Below are positions 9,471 through 17,081 of a stretch of DNA of 64,000 nucleotides, piece after piece. The position numbers and the translations under genes were made by a program. Position 1 is the first letter of the stretch. Each line of letters opens with the position of its first letter. Source of the stretch: a virus (taxonomy: Duplodnaviria; Caudoviricetes). Under the pieces are notes generated by a model that ran no database searches, was not told where the DNA came from, and saw only the letters and a list, made by a program, of their open reading frames with translations. The stretch lies in the IMG/VR virus record IMGVR_UViG_3300037502_002379, positions 50 through 64,049 of that record; one strand, written 5' to 3'.

Positions 9471-9917
9471 TTAAAGATTTTCTAAAAGATTTGCGTTGCG
9501 GAGGATTTCGATTGCGTTTTCAGCGTGGGCTAAAAACTTGAATTTACTAGAGATTTCATCGAATGCGCGATAGTGGACTACGTATTGGTCTGCTTGTTTT
9601 ACAAGCACATAACCCACACCCCTATAATCCACCTCCTCATTGTAATAATCCGCAATGTTTTGCAGTGCGATTAGCGCCTGAATCCGCTTGCATTGGCGCT
9701 CGGTGGAGAGTTGCGAGTGGTACGCATCATCATCTTCTTTGTAATCGGTGCATATAATTTCATTTGCTTCATCTATGCACCATTTAGGCCTAACCTTATT
9801 AAACACCTCCTGCAATGTTGGAAGTGTCGGCTTTGTTTCTGGTTGCGGTTGCGGCTCAACTAATCTGATTTCGTAAGTCTTGCCGCCTAGTTCGATTGTT
9901 TTTGTTTCTGTGTTCAT
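9471..9917 (-). CDS. hypothetical protein
   Basis: ORF track, operon context. Confidence 0.6.
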   Translation of the reverse strand: MNTETKTIELGGKTYEIRLVEPQPQPETKPTLPTLQEVFNKVRPKWCIDEANEIICTDYKEDDDAYHSQLSTERQCKRIQALIALQNIADYYNEEVDYRGVGYVLVKQADQYVVHYRAFDEISSKFKFLAHAENAIEILRNANLLENL

Positions 9918-9918
9918 G

Positions 9919-10158
9919 TTATTGGTTTTGAATTGTGATAGGTTCGTTGTAGTCTGTAAAGAAATTCATATCCCAATTTTCAGAATAACTACCAACACTA
10001 TAATTATCCAAGCTGCCCGACTGAATAACTATTCCAATTTTCTCAGACAAAAAAAATACTATCCTATCTGAAGGATTTCTGCAAGTTGTAATCATCAGTT
10101 TAGGAAAAGGTTTTACTTCTTGCGTTTTTGCTTCGCCAAGCGTTACTTTGATTGCCAT
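9919..10158 (-). CDS. hypothetical protein
   Basis: ORF track, operon context. Confidence 0.6.
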   Translation of the reverse strand: MAIKVTLGEAKTQEVKPFPKLMITTCRNPSDRIVFFLSEKIGIVIQSGSLDNYSVGSYSENWDMNFFTDYNEPITIQNQ

Positions 10159-10319
10159 GTTATTGATTGTTTTGTAATGAATAAATCTGATTAAGTGTCA
10201 GTCTGCTAAGTATCAGCAAATGCCAACAGAATAGCATATTGCGCATATTCGGAAACAGTCCGCATTGTAAGCAGAATATCTTGACTTCGCGAGGTGAAAT
10301 GTTTGGTTTTGGTATCATT

Positions 10320-10802
10320 TTATCCGGTTATGTCTTTAATGAATGATAGGTCAAGCGGAGTAAGTTCGGGCTTTAGTTTTTGCATTTCGGCAGCTTCTTG
10401 TTGATGCCTTTTATCCATTTGTTCTTTTTTATCCAACCATTCAACATAGTCAGGATTGTAAAAAAAGAAGTAATTTGTTTTGCCTTTTAGCTGTTCTAAT
10501 GGTTGTGTTATTTCGGTTTGTGTTTTCCCGTTCTTTTCAAGGAGCAAGCCTCCATCTTTTCTAACCTGCAATAGTTTAACAATACTACCATCTGAATAAG
10601 ATTGTTTATGCAAGCACATAAACGGCTCAAATTCAACATTTGCCTTTATGTGTTCGTCAATAGCTTTGCGGCAATCTTTTAGGCTTTTGCGACCTTTTTT
10701 GCGCCAATTGTCTTCGATTAGAAGTTCAACCGTGAATTTATCAGTATCGGCATTGTACCAAATCTGATGTTCTCTGTAAGTTTCGACTAAGAATTTGTCC
10801 AT
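10320..10802 (-). CDS. hypothetical protein
   Basis: ORF 10320..10826; ATG at 10802 lies downstream of promoter TATATTTG at 10824-10831. Confidence 0.6.
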   Translation of the reverse strand: MDKFLVETYREHQIWYNADTDKFTVELLIEDNWRKKGRKSLKDCRKAIDEHIKANVEFEPFMCLHKQSYSDGSIVKLLQVRKDGGLLLEKNGKTQTEITQPLEQLKGKTNYFFFYNPDYVEWLDKKEQMDKRHQQEAAEMQKLKPELTPLDLSFIKDITG

Positions 10803-10876
10803 TTTTACTGTTTTAATTATGCGCAAATATATGCTTATTGTTTTGACATTTACAAATTATCCACAAAAAAGATTTG

Positions 10877-11305
10877 TTAATTATTTTCAGCGTCTTGTTT
10901 TTCTTGCCAAATAATATCTTTCAAACACTCCTCGCACACTAGAATATCCCCCATGCGCTTGTCAGCGTGATTAATCAGCAAATCTTCCTCAAAATAATTT
11001 CTACAGTCAAAACATTGCTCCGTTTCGATGTCCTCGATTTCGGGATAGCTTCTGTAATCGGGGCTAAACAACCAAAATATCATTAGCCCGTGCTGCGATA
11101 CCCTGCGCTGCGATTCCCGTTCGCGCTTGACAATCTCATCCATCACCGGCTGATAGTGCTTAAAGTGCGCATTAAAATCGGTGTGGTCGCCTTTGTACAA
11201 TGCAGCATCAATCGCTACTATCCAATCAGGGTAGTGCTTAGGCGTTACTTTGTCTTTTGTTTCGTAGTAAGTCGCTACGAAGTGGTCAATTGTTGTTTGG
11301 TTCAT
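10877..11305 (-). CDS. hypothetical protein with C-terminal Zn-finger
   Basis: CFDC...CEEC motif. Confidence 0.6.
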   Translation of the reverse strand: MNQTTIDHFVATYYETKDKVTPKHYPDWIVAIDAALYKGDHTDFNAHFKHYQPVMDEIVKRERESQRRVSQHGLMIFWLFSPDYRSYPEIEDIETEQCFDCRNYFEEDLLINHADKRMGDILVCEECLKDIIWQEKQDAENN

Positions 11306-11700
11306 ATATTCTTATACGGATTGTTTGGTAATGTTGTTGCGTCAATGGCTTCGTTGTCTTCGATTAGACCGAAAAGGTCAAAGCTGCGTGAGAGTAGGTA
11401 GGCAGCACCCATTGCTATTTCTAGCAACTTTAAAGGAAACAAATGACCTTTTATAATTTCATCTATAGTATCTATTCGGACTGAATCCGAATCTTCTATG
11501 CTATTAGGATTTACAAGTTTGTAAAACTCAAGCTTTTCTTCCTCTGTCATATCCGACAACGGGCGAAGGATTGGCTTGTGTGGATTGTCTGACTGTTTCC
11601 AATTTGAAGGAAAGTGTGACGGCTTTAACTCGTAAATCTGATTATTGTAATCCATACACTTGCAGCCTAAGTACAAATGCGCTACGTCTTTGAATTTCAT
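11302..11700 (-). CDS. conserved Bacteroidetes-phage hypothetical protein
   Basis: KPILRPLSDMT and FDLFGLI motifs. Confidence 0.65.
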   Translation of the reverse strand: MKFKDVAHLYLGCKCMDYNNQIYELKPSHFPSNWKQSDNPHKPILRPLSDMTEEEKLEFYKLVNPNSIEDSDSVRIDTIDEIIKGHLFPLKLLEIAMGAAYLLSRSFDLFGLIEDNEAIDATTLPNNPYKNI

Positions 11701-11801
11701 AATAAAAATATTGCTAGTGAAAAAATAATAATCCCTCCGAATAACAGCACGCAGCCCGAATAGAACAGCGCGGTGTCAAGTTGTTTGTAGTTGATGTTCA
11801 T
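11697..11801 (-). CDS. 34-aa membrane peptide
   Basis: MNINYKQLDTALFYSGCVLLFGGIIIFSLAIFLL*; ATGA overlap with the next gene. Confidence 0.45.
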   Translation of the reverse strand: MNINYKQLDTALFYSGCVLLFGGIIIFSLAIFLL

Positions 11802-11805
11802 GTTA

Positions 11806-12627
11806 TTAAATAATTATTTTCTTAATAGGGCTTGCAGTGCCTAAAATATCTACATCTGCTATCTTTATATACCCCGCAGTTGTATTTATATTTTTATGAC
11901 CTGCAATTTTTTGTACCGTTCTTAAATCAACGCCATCTATTACCATTTGAGTTAAACAACTGTGTCGTAAAGAGTGTGATGATATTTTCTTTTTAAAACC
12001 TAATTTATTTGCAATAGACTTAACAAGTGTCTGTATGCTTTTTTCTGAATACTTACCACCTTTAGCGCCCTCAAATAAATATGTTTTTGTTTGGTAAATT
12101 TTCCAATATTCCCTTAATAATTTTACAATGGCAGAATCAAGCATCACTATCCTGTCAACTTTTCCTTTCCCATTTTTTACTTGTATTTTATTATTAGAAG
12201 TATCTATGTCTCTAATTTTTAAATTTACAACCTCTCCTACTCTAAGGGCACATGAATACATTATACAAATAATAGCTTTATGCTTAATATTTTTTGTGTA
12301 ATTAACCATTCGCTGAAACTCATCAACTGACAATACATCTGGTTGCTTTTGCTCAATTTTAGGTCGAGGCAATATTTTATTATTAAAATTCTTATCTAAA
12401 CATAACCTGTAATAACACTTAAAGGCATTTATTACAGCCATTCTTGTTGATGCAGAATAATGAGTTTTACTTAGCAAGTACATACGCAAATCATTTTCGG
12501 ATATATCTTTAGCATCTTTATTAAAATGTTTTGAAACATTAGATACTATTGATAAATAACTCCTTGAAGTTTTGCCACTAAAGTTTTTTAGAAACATCAA
12601 TTCTTTAAAATCTTGCAATTTATCCAT
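11806..12627 (-). CDS. tyrosine recombinase, putative integron-like cassette integrase
   Basis: SAM-like N-terminal domain; catalytic R (LRVGE), K (GKGK), HxxR (HSLRH), H (GH) and Y (TTAGY) all present; lies 53 bp from the first cassette boundary. Confidence 0.9.
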   Translation of the reverse strand: MDKLQDFKELMFLKNFSGKTSRSYLSIVSNVSKHFNKDAKDISENDLRMYLLSKTHYSASTRMAVINAFKCYYRLCLDKNFNNKILPRPKIEQKQPDVLSVDEFQRMVNYTKNIKHKAIICIMYSCALRVGEVVNLKIRDIDTSNNKIQVKNGKGKVDRIVMLDSAIVKLLREYWKIYQTKTYLFEGAKGGKYSEKSIQTLVKSIANKLGFKKKISSHSLRHSCLTQMVIDGVDLRTVQKIAGHKNINTTAGYIKIADVDILGTASPIKKIII

Positions 12628-12639
12628 AATGCAAAGATG

Positions 12640-12688
12640 CTAATTATTTTTGATATACGCAATATTGGACTATATAATAGTTACCTGC
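12640..12688 (+). other. attI-like primary recombination site (TATATAATAG|TTACCTGC)
   Basis: First G|TT junction next to the integrase start; no attC hairpin precedes it. Confidence 0.65.
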
Positions 12689-12693
12689 AAGCA

Positions 12694-13656
12694 CTACGGA
12701 CGTTCTTCGATTAAGCATTTCGGTTCAGTTTTAAATAATTTTTTTTCCTCCACTTTTAAAAAAGAAAAGATATGTTCAACTATTCCAACAGTCCATCCAT
12801 CACCAATCAAATTGCCCGCCTGTGCCTTGTTTAAATTTCTTGTATATCCTTCGGGTATATTATGAAGCCTTTCAAGTTCCTTTTGTGTGCAATACCTCAC
12901 TCCCTTACTTTCGTCCATTGTTTCGTCTGTATAAATGATTGTAGTCATTCCAGTAGTTGCGTAACGGTGCAACATATATCTTTGGTTTGCATCTCGGCCA
13001 CAACTTGTATTTAAACAAGTATGTTTCTTTTTATCAGAATATCCGTATTCCAAAACATCATTTAACAGTATCTTTTTATCTCTCGGTTGTGGTATTGCAC
13101 ACTTTCTGTTTCCAAATAAATCAAAAGTTTCAGGCCCGATATTAGTCCAAAACAATCTATCTCTCAATGCACCACTCACTCTACTTCCACAAAGTCTTAC
13201 AGGTTCAGTTCCTAATAATTCAGATATTGTATTGTAGCCTAAATCATCCATTATCACATTTTCAAGCAAATAGTAATCGGGTTTAGTTTCTTCGAGTAAT
13301 CTTATGTATTCATAAAATAACATTGATTTCATTCCTTTTAATCCATCCCTTACGCTATTTGCCCTACTAAAATCTTGGCACGGGCTACCTCCAATCAATA
13401 AATGTATTTTTGGCAAATCTTGGCCTTTCACTTTTGTAACATCTCCAATCTGAATAGTATCAGGAAAATTATCCATTGTGCATTGTATGGCGTGTTTCTT
13501 TATTTCGGCTGCATAATATCGTGTAGGTTTCAATCCTACATTATTAAGGGCAATTTGTCCGCAACTCATACCATCAAATAATGATAATACGTTAAATTCT
13601 TCGGCAAAGCCGTTTTTGCCATCCCTCAAAAAATTATTTAAAACTGTTTCTTTCAT
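12694..13656 (-). CDS. C5-cytosine DNA methyltransferase (cassette 1 cargo)
   Basis: LSLFDG (motif I), GGSPCQ (motif IV), LENV (motif VI), R.RLFW and IGDGW. Confidence 0.9.
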   Translation of the reverse strand: MKETVLNNFLRDGKNGFAEEFNVLSLFDGMSCGQIALNNVGLKPTRYYAAEIKKHAIQCTMDNFPDTIQIGDVTKVKGQDLPKIHLLIGGSPCQDFSRANSVRDGLKGMKSMLFYEYIRLLEETKPDYYLLENVIMDDLGYNTISELLGTEPVRLCGSRVSGALRDRLFWTNIGPETFDLFGNRKCAIPQPRDKKILLNDVLEYGYSDKKKHTCLNTSCGRDANQRYMLHRYATTGMTTIIYTDETMDESKGVRYCTQKELERLHNIPEGYTRNLNKAQAGNLIGDGWTVGIVEHIFSFLKVEEKKLFKTEPKCLIEERP

Positions 13657-13689
13657 CTAATTAGCTTTATCGTTTAATAAACCGTGCCA

Positions 13690-13785
13690 GCAGGTAACAA
13701 GGTATTTGCAAAATTGCCCATCAACATTGTGCTTAATTTGAAGTATCTGCAAGGGCAACTTCGCAAATACCCAAACGTTATGCCC
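13690..13785 (+). repeat. attC-like site of cassette 1
   Basis: GCAGGTAAC ... GGTATTTGCAAAATTGCCC / GGGCAACTTCGCAAATACC stem ... GTTATGCCC. Confidence 0.85.
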
Positions 13786-13789
13786 AATG

Positions 13790-14185
13790 CTAAGACAGCG
13801 TTCTGCCAAAACATGTGACTTTTTGACCATCTTCAAAATGACTTGCTTTTTCTAAAAGTTCATTCATAATGTCATTGATATTAAAATTATGTGAGAAACC
13901 CATCTCAATTTCATAGTTACCGTTTCGGTCAATAACACAACCCATTGCTTTTTCAACGCTTTCGGTTAATAGTTCTCGATAAAAATCTTTATCTATATTC
14001 AAATCCTTTACAATAATGTGTGTTGTGAATTTTCTACTTTGTATTCCACACATTGAAACTTCTGATGGGTTTCCATTTCCTAATTGAAACTGACCAAACA
14101 TAAGCAAGTCATTATCATCACACCAATGGTAATCCTTTTCGTTTACATAACCTTTCGGTCTTGAATCTGCTACAAATACTTTCAT
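13790..14185 (-). CDS. hypothetical protein (cassette 2 cargo)
   Basis: Single ORF filling cassette 13777-14345. Confidence 0.75.
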   Translation of the reverse strand: MKVFVADSRPKGYVNEKDYHWCDDNDLLMFGQFQLGNGNPSEVSMCGIQSRKFTTHIIVKDLNIDKDFYRELLTESVEKAMGCVIDRNGNYEIEMGFSHNFNINDIMNELLEKASHFEDGQKVTCFGRTLS

Positions 14186-14218
14186 TTTTCTGTTTTAAAA
14201 TTGTTCAAAAAAAGCACT

Positions 14219-14354
14219 GGGCATAACACGTGTTTTGCGTTATGGTGGCTGACGTGCTGAAATCAACCGCAGTAATTCTATTTGGCTTTAGTGCTATGCC
14301 GACAGTTAGTGCTACTAATCCGCCACAAACGCAAAGCACCTGAACGTTAGGCAC
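14219..14354 (+). repeat. attC-like site of cassette 2
   Basis: GGGCATAAC ... GTGTTTTGCGTT / AACGCAAAGCAC stem ... GTTAGGCAC. Confidence 0.85.
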
Positions 14355-14670
14355 AATATGCTTTCCTGTATCGCTCAATTATGGTATCGTTTTCTGCAAA
14401 TGGTAATGCTATCGGGCATGGGTGGTCAAAGTCAAAAAAACTTTCCTCTCCACATTTACTACACTTGTAATGAACAACATTCCTTTCTTCAACATACACA
14501 TCTCTGATAAATGATAAGTTTTTTTGCCCTTCATCATCTGTATCGCCACACATTTCATTTTTACATTTGCAGTAAACGAATGTTCTTTGGTTCTTCTTCC
14601 TAATCCGCATACTGCTCCTAACATGGTATTTATGCCATGCCGTATTTAGTGCTTTAATCAAGTTTGTCAT
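14347..14670 (-). CDS. Cys-rich (Zn-ribbon) hypothetical protein (cassette 3 cargo)
   Basis: CKC...C and CSKC motifs; the TAA stop lies inside the GTTA junction; likely ATG at 14670. Confidence 0.65.
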   Translation of the reverse strand: MTNLIKALNTAWHKYHVRSSMRIRKKNQRTFVYCKCKNEMCGDTDDEGQKNLSFIRDVYVEERNVVHYKCSKCGEESFFDFDHPCPIALPFAENDTIIERYRKAYCA

Positions 14671-14738
14671 TCTATTTAGGTTTAAATTGTTAACCAACTT
14701 TTGTCTTTCAAATCGGCACGGACATAAATACTCGTCCC

Positions 14739-14953
14739 GTTATAAGCAAGTGGCTGTGGTTAAAGTTCAACATTCCGAACTCCTCCTGTGGTTATCGGAG
14801 GCAGTCTTTGAACTTTACCACTCCACAGCCACCAGACTTATAACATGGGCTAAAACGCAATAGGCACGGAGTACCTTTCAGCATTTGTGATAGCATTGAA
14901 CCACTTGTCCCGTTTAGTTCTGTATGCACACCTACTGCGTTTAGCCCAATTCC
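14739..14953. other. ORF-less hairpin cassette (cassette 4)
   Basis: GTTATAAGCAAGTGGCTGTGG pairs with CCACAGCCACCAGACTTATAAC; inner AAAGTTCAA/TTGAACTTT and TCCGA/TCGGA pairs. Confidence 0.75.
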
Positions 14954-14962
14954 GTTATGCTC
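14837..14962 (+). repeat. attC-like site of cassette 4
   Basis: CTTATAAC ... GGGCTAAAACGCAATAGG / CCTACTGCGTTTAGCCC ... GTTATGCTC. Confidence 0.85.
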
Positions 14963-15140
14963 CATTGCTACGTGTCTGCTTCGATTTGAAATTTGTGGAA
15001 GTTTTTTGTTCTTTTTTCTCCCCACGCACAAGAAAAATCAAATGGTCTTGAATAAAGTTTTTAAGGTCTTTATCTGCGTCAATAGCCATCTTCTTTAAGT
15101 CTTTGACTATTTCTTCGGGTATGTCAATTAGCTTTTTCAT
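14955..15140 (-). CDS. ribbon-helix-helix-like regulator (cassette 5)
   Basis: MKKLIDIPEEIVKDLKKMAI...LKNFIQDHL has the beta-alpha-alpha pattern. Confidence 0.65.
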   Translation of the reverse strand: MKKLIDIPEEIVKDLKKMAIDADKDLKNFIQDHLIFLVRGEKKEQKTSTNFKSKQTRSNGA

Positions 15141-15143
15141 AGA

Positions 15144-15248
15144 TTATTCAATACCCATACCATCGGATTTTTTGTAAATTATAATTCCAAAAATTACCCA
15201 AACTACTATTACAAATATAAGGGCTTGTCCTATTGTTATATCGCACAT
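15144..15248 (-). CDS. 34-aa single-TM peptide (cassette 5)
   Basis: Read by hand: MCDITIGQALIFVIVVWVIFGIIIYKKSDGMGIE*. Confidence 0.5.
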   Translation of the reverse strand: MCDITIGQALIFVIVVWVIFGIIIYKKSDGMGIE

Positions 15249-15484
15249 AATTTCCTTTTTGCTTCAAATAAATCAAACATTTGTTCACCAGTTAGCGATA
15301 ATGTAATTCTACCACCATCAGTGTAAGTGCCTGTAATTTCATCTTCTTCCATTGCATCATAAACTTTAGAAAGTATCATTGCAATAGTTTCTAATTCATC
15401 CGCAGTTAATTTTTGACTGCGTTTTTTTGGCTGAGCGTCTAATGTGCTGTTGCCAATATTTCTTTCGTTAATTCTATATCCCAT
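15236..15484 (-). CDS. hypothetical protein (cassette 5)
   Basis: ORF 15236..15538; ATG at 15484 lies downstream of the internal promoter TATATTTG at 15508-15515. Confidence 0.6.
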   Translation of the reverse strand: MGYRINERNIGNSTLDAQPKKRSQKLTADELETIAMILSKVYDAMEEDEITGTYTDGGRITLSLTGEQMFDLFEAKRKLCAI

Positions 15485-15626
15485 TTTATGTGGTTTTAAA
15501 TTATATGCAAATATATGCCGTATATATGACATACGCAAGAAAAAAGTAAAATATTTTTTGCCTACCCATAAAAAAAGAACAAAAACCTTGCTCCTATTGA
15601 AGTTTACTGCTAAAAATCCGCAACGA

Positions 15627-15726
15627 GAGCATAACAGCGGTTTTGCGTCAGGCGGGGTGCGGTGCTAACTTTGAACATTCGTGCTAATAAACCCGCCCGA
15701 ACGCAAAGCCGCAAAACGTTATGTGC
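15627..15726 (+). repeat. attC-like site of cassette 5
   Basis: GAGCATAAC ... GCGGTTTTGCGT.AGGCGGG / CCCGCCC..ACGCAAAGCCGC ... GTTATGTGC. Confidence 0.85.
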
Positions 15727-15745
15727 AATTTTCTTTTTCATTTTT

Positions 15746-16693
15746 TTAGCCAACGCTCAAATGATTTAATGATTTTTTGAATGGGTTATACTCATAATCT
15801 TCCCAACTGCACGAATTGAAGATTATCCTATTGTTTACATATCTTGTGTATGCTTTTTGATACCTATCATCTTTATTGTATGGCATTACAAAAGGCTTAC
15901 ATCCCAATTTCCTTAAAAATTCAACTCTGTAATAATCTTCTTCGGGAGAAGTATCAAACCCAATTAAAACAAAGAATTGCATATGTTCGCAAGGTATTCC
16001 CCATTTATTACAGCGTTCAATACCTCTAATTATTACCTTTTCATCTTTGAATTGGTCCCACGCAAATGTCAAGTATCGTTTGTTGAATTTTGAATTGTAA
16101 TACTTCACTTTTGCTAATGCTTCTGCTTGTCTATCTGAAATAATGCGAATATTCAAACCTTGAACAAAGCAAACTTTCAAATCAAGTTCTGCAATTCTAT
16201 TCAAATTAGCTTCCCAATTTGTGCCACCAAAAAAATCATTATCCAAAAGCATCAAGTTTTTACCGCCTGATGGGTTAGTGATAAGTTCGTCAATGGTATT
16301 GTAATTGTATGGTCTGCCTTCTTTTTTTGGCACACAACAAAAATCACATTTAAAACGGCATCCTTTCATTGAAAATCCATAATGAAAAGGAGTATTTGGA
16401 TAAATCTCCCAATCCATTGGAGCATTTTCAATTTCAGCAGGTAGTTTGTTATAAAAATCAATTCCAGTTCCACCAATCACCATATTTTCGGGTATTTGTG
16501 GCATTTCGCTAAAATTAAAAATCTTACTTGCATAAATCTTATCGTATTGACTTGCAAACAATATTCCTTCATACCATTCGACTGTATCGCCAATAGATTT
16601 ATGGTAAGCCGATATTTTCATAAGTGCAATATTTGGAAATTGTACTCCTTGATAATCCGTTCCATCAACTTGATATATTGCTATTCGTGCCAT
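15746..16693 (-). CDS. radical SAM protein (cassette 6 cargo)
   Basis: CxxxCxxC motif GCRFKCDFC; PNIALMKIS, GGTG and LLDNDF motifs. Confidence 0.85.
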   Translation of the reverse strand: MARIAIYQVDGTDYQGVQFPNIALMKISAYHKSIGDTVEWYEGILFASQYDKIYASKIFNFSEMPQIPENMVIGGTGIDFYNKLPAEIENAPMDWEIYPNTPFHYGFSMKGCRFKCDFCCVPKKEGRPYNYNTIDELITNPSGGKNLMLLDNDFFGGTNWEANLNRIAELDLKVCFVQGLNIRIISDRQAEALAKVKYYNSKFNKRYLTFAWDQFKDEKVIIRGIERCNKWGIPCEHMQFFVLIGFDTSPEEDYYRVEFLRKLGCKPFVMPYNKDDRYQKAYTRYVNNRIIFNSCSWEDYEYNPFKKSLNHLSVG

Positions 16694-16746
16694 AAATGAT
16701 TTAATGATTTAATTGCCCACGCACAAAAAATGAAAAAGAAAACAGA

Positions 16747-16879
16747 CACATAACAGCACATTGCCAAAAGTGGCGATGCGGTGCTAAAATCAAGTGTAGT
16801 GCTTCTAATTATCATTTGTGCTATATTCAAAATTTGTACTTCTAATTCGCCACCATCGGCAATCTGCAACCCGTTATAT
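16747..16879 (+). repeat. attC-like site of cassette 6 (distal end of the array)
   Basis: CACATAAC ... ATTGCC....GTGGCGA / TCGCCAC....GGCAAT ... GTTATAT; the G|TTA overlaps the stop of ORF 16874..17080. Confidence 0.8.
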
Positions 16880-17080
16880 CCCAAACAATTTATCAATATT
16901 CTGCTCGGTGCTTTCCGTTGCAAGTCCGTAGTTAATCGCGTTGTGGATAACAGGTCTGCTGCGAAATGTTTGCTCGGCTATCCAAACATAAGTACCGATA
17001 CTCGGTCTTAGCTTTTGCCACTTAGCCACTTTTTGCGGGTCAACTTGGCGAACCTTTTCAATGTACGTTGATTGTTTCAT
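16874..17080 (-). CDS. hypothetical protein
   Basis: ORF track; resident gene upstream of the array. Confidence 0.55.
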   Translation of the reverse strand: MKQSTYIEKVRQVDPQKVAKWQKLRPSIGTYVWIAEQTFRSRPVIHNAINYGLATESTEQNIDKLFGI

Positions 17081-17081
17081 T

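Larger units (their letters stand above)
11806..16879. mobile_element. integron-like element: integrase, attI-like site and six-cassette array
   Basis: Cassette boundaries G|TT at 12680, 13777, 14346, 14739, 14954, 15718 and 16873, with complementary AAC ends and intervening hairpins. Confidence 0.85.

Noticed and set aside
11806-12627. Ordinary prophage integrase indicating lysogeny
   Set aside because: It lacks an arm-binding N-terminal domain, no adjacent repressor or host junction is visible, and it directly abuts the cassette array. Lysogeny is not excluded but is unsupported.
13690-16879. CRISPR array or simple terminators as an explanation for the repeated hairpins
   Set aside because: The repeats are not identical, are about 80-135 nt long, are separated by gene-sized spacers, lack U-tracts and carry AAC/GTT ends. 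No cas genes are present.
16681-16923. ORFs spanning attC sites (16681..16923, 14792..15031, 15444..15668, 16781..17011)
   Set aside because: They run through hairpin recombination sites and lack protein-like features, so they are probably spurious.
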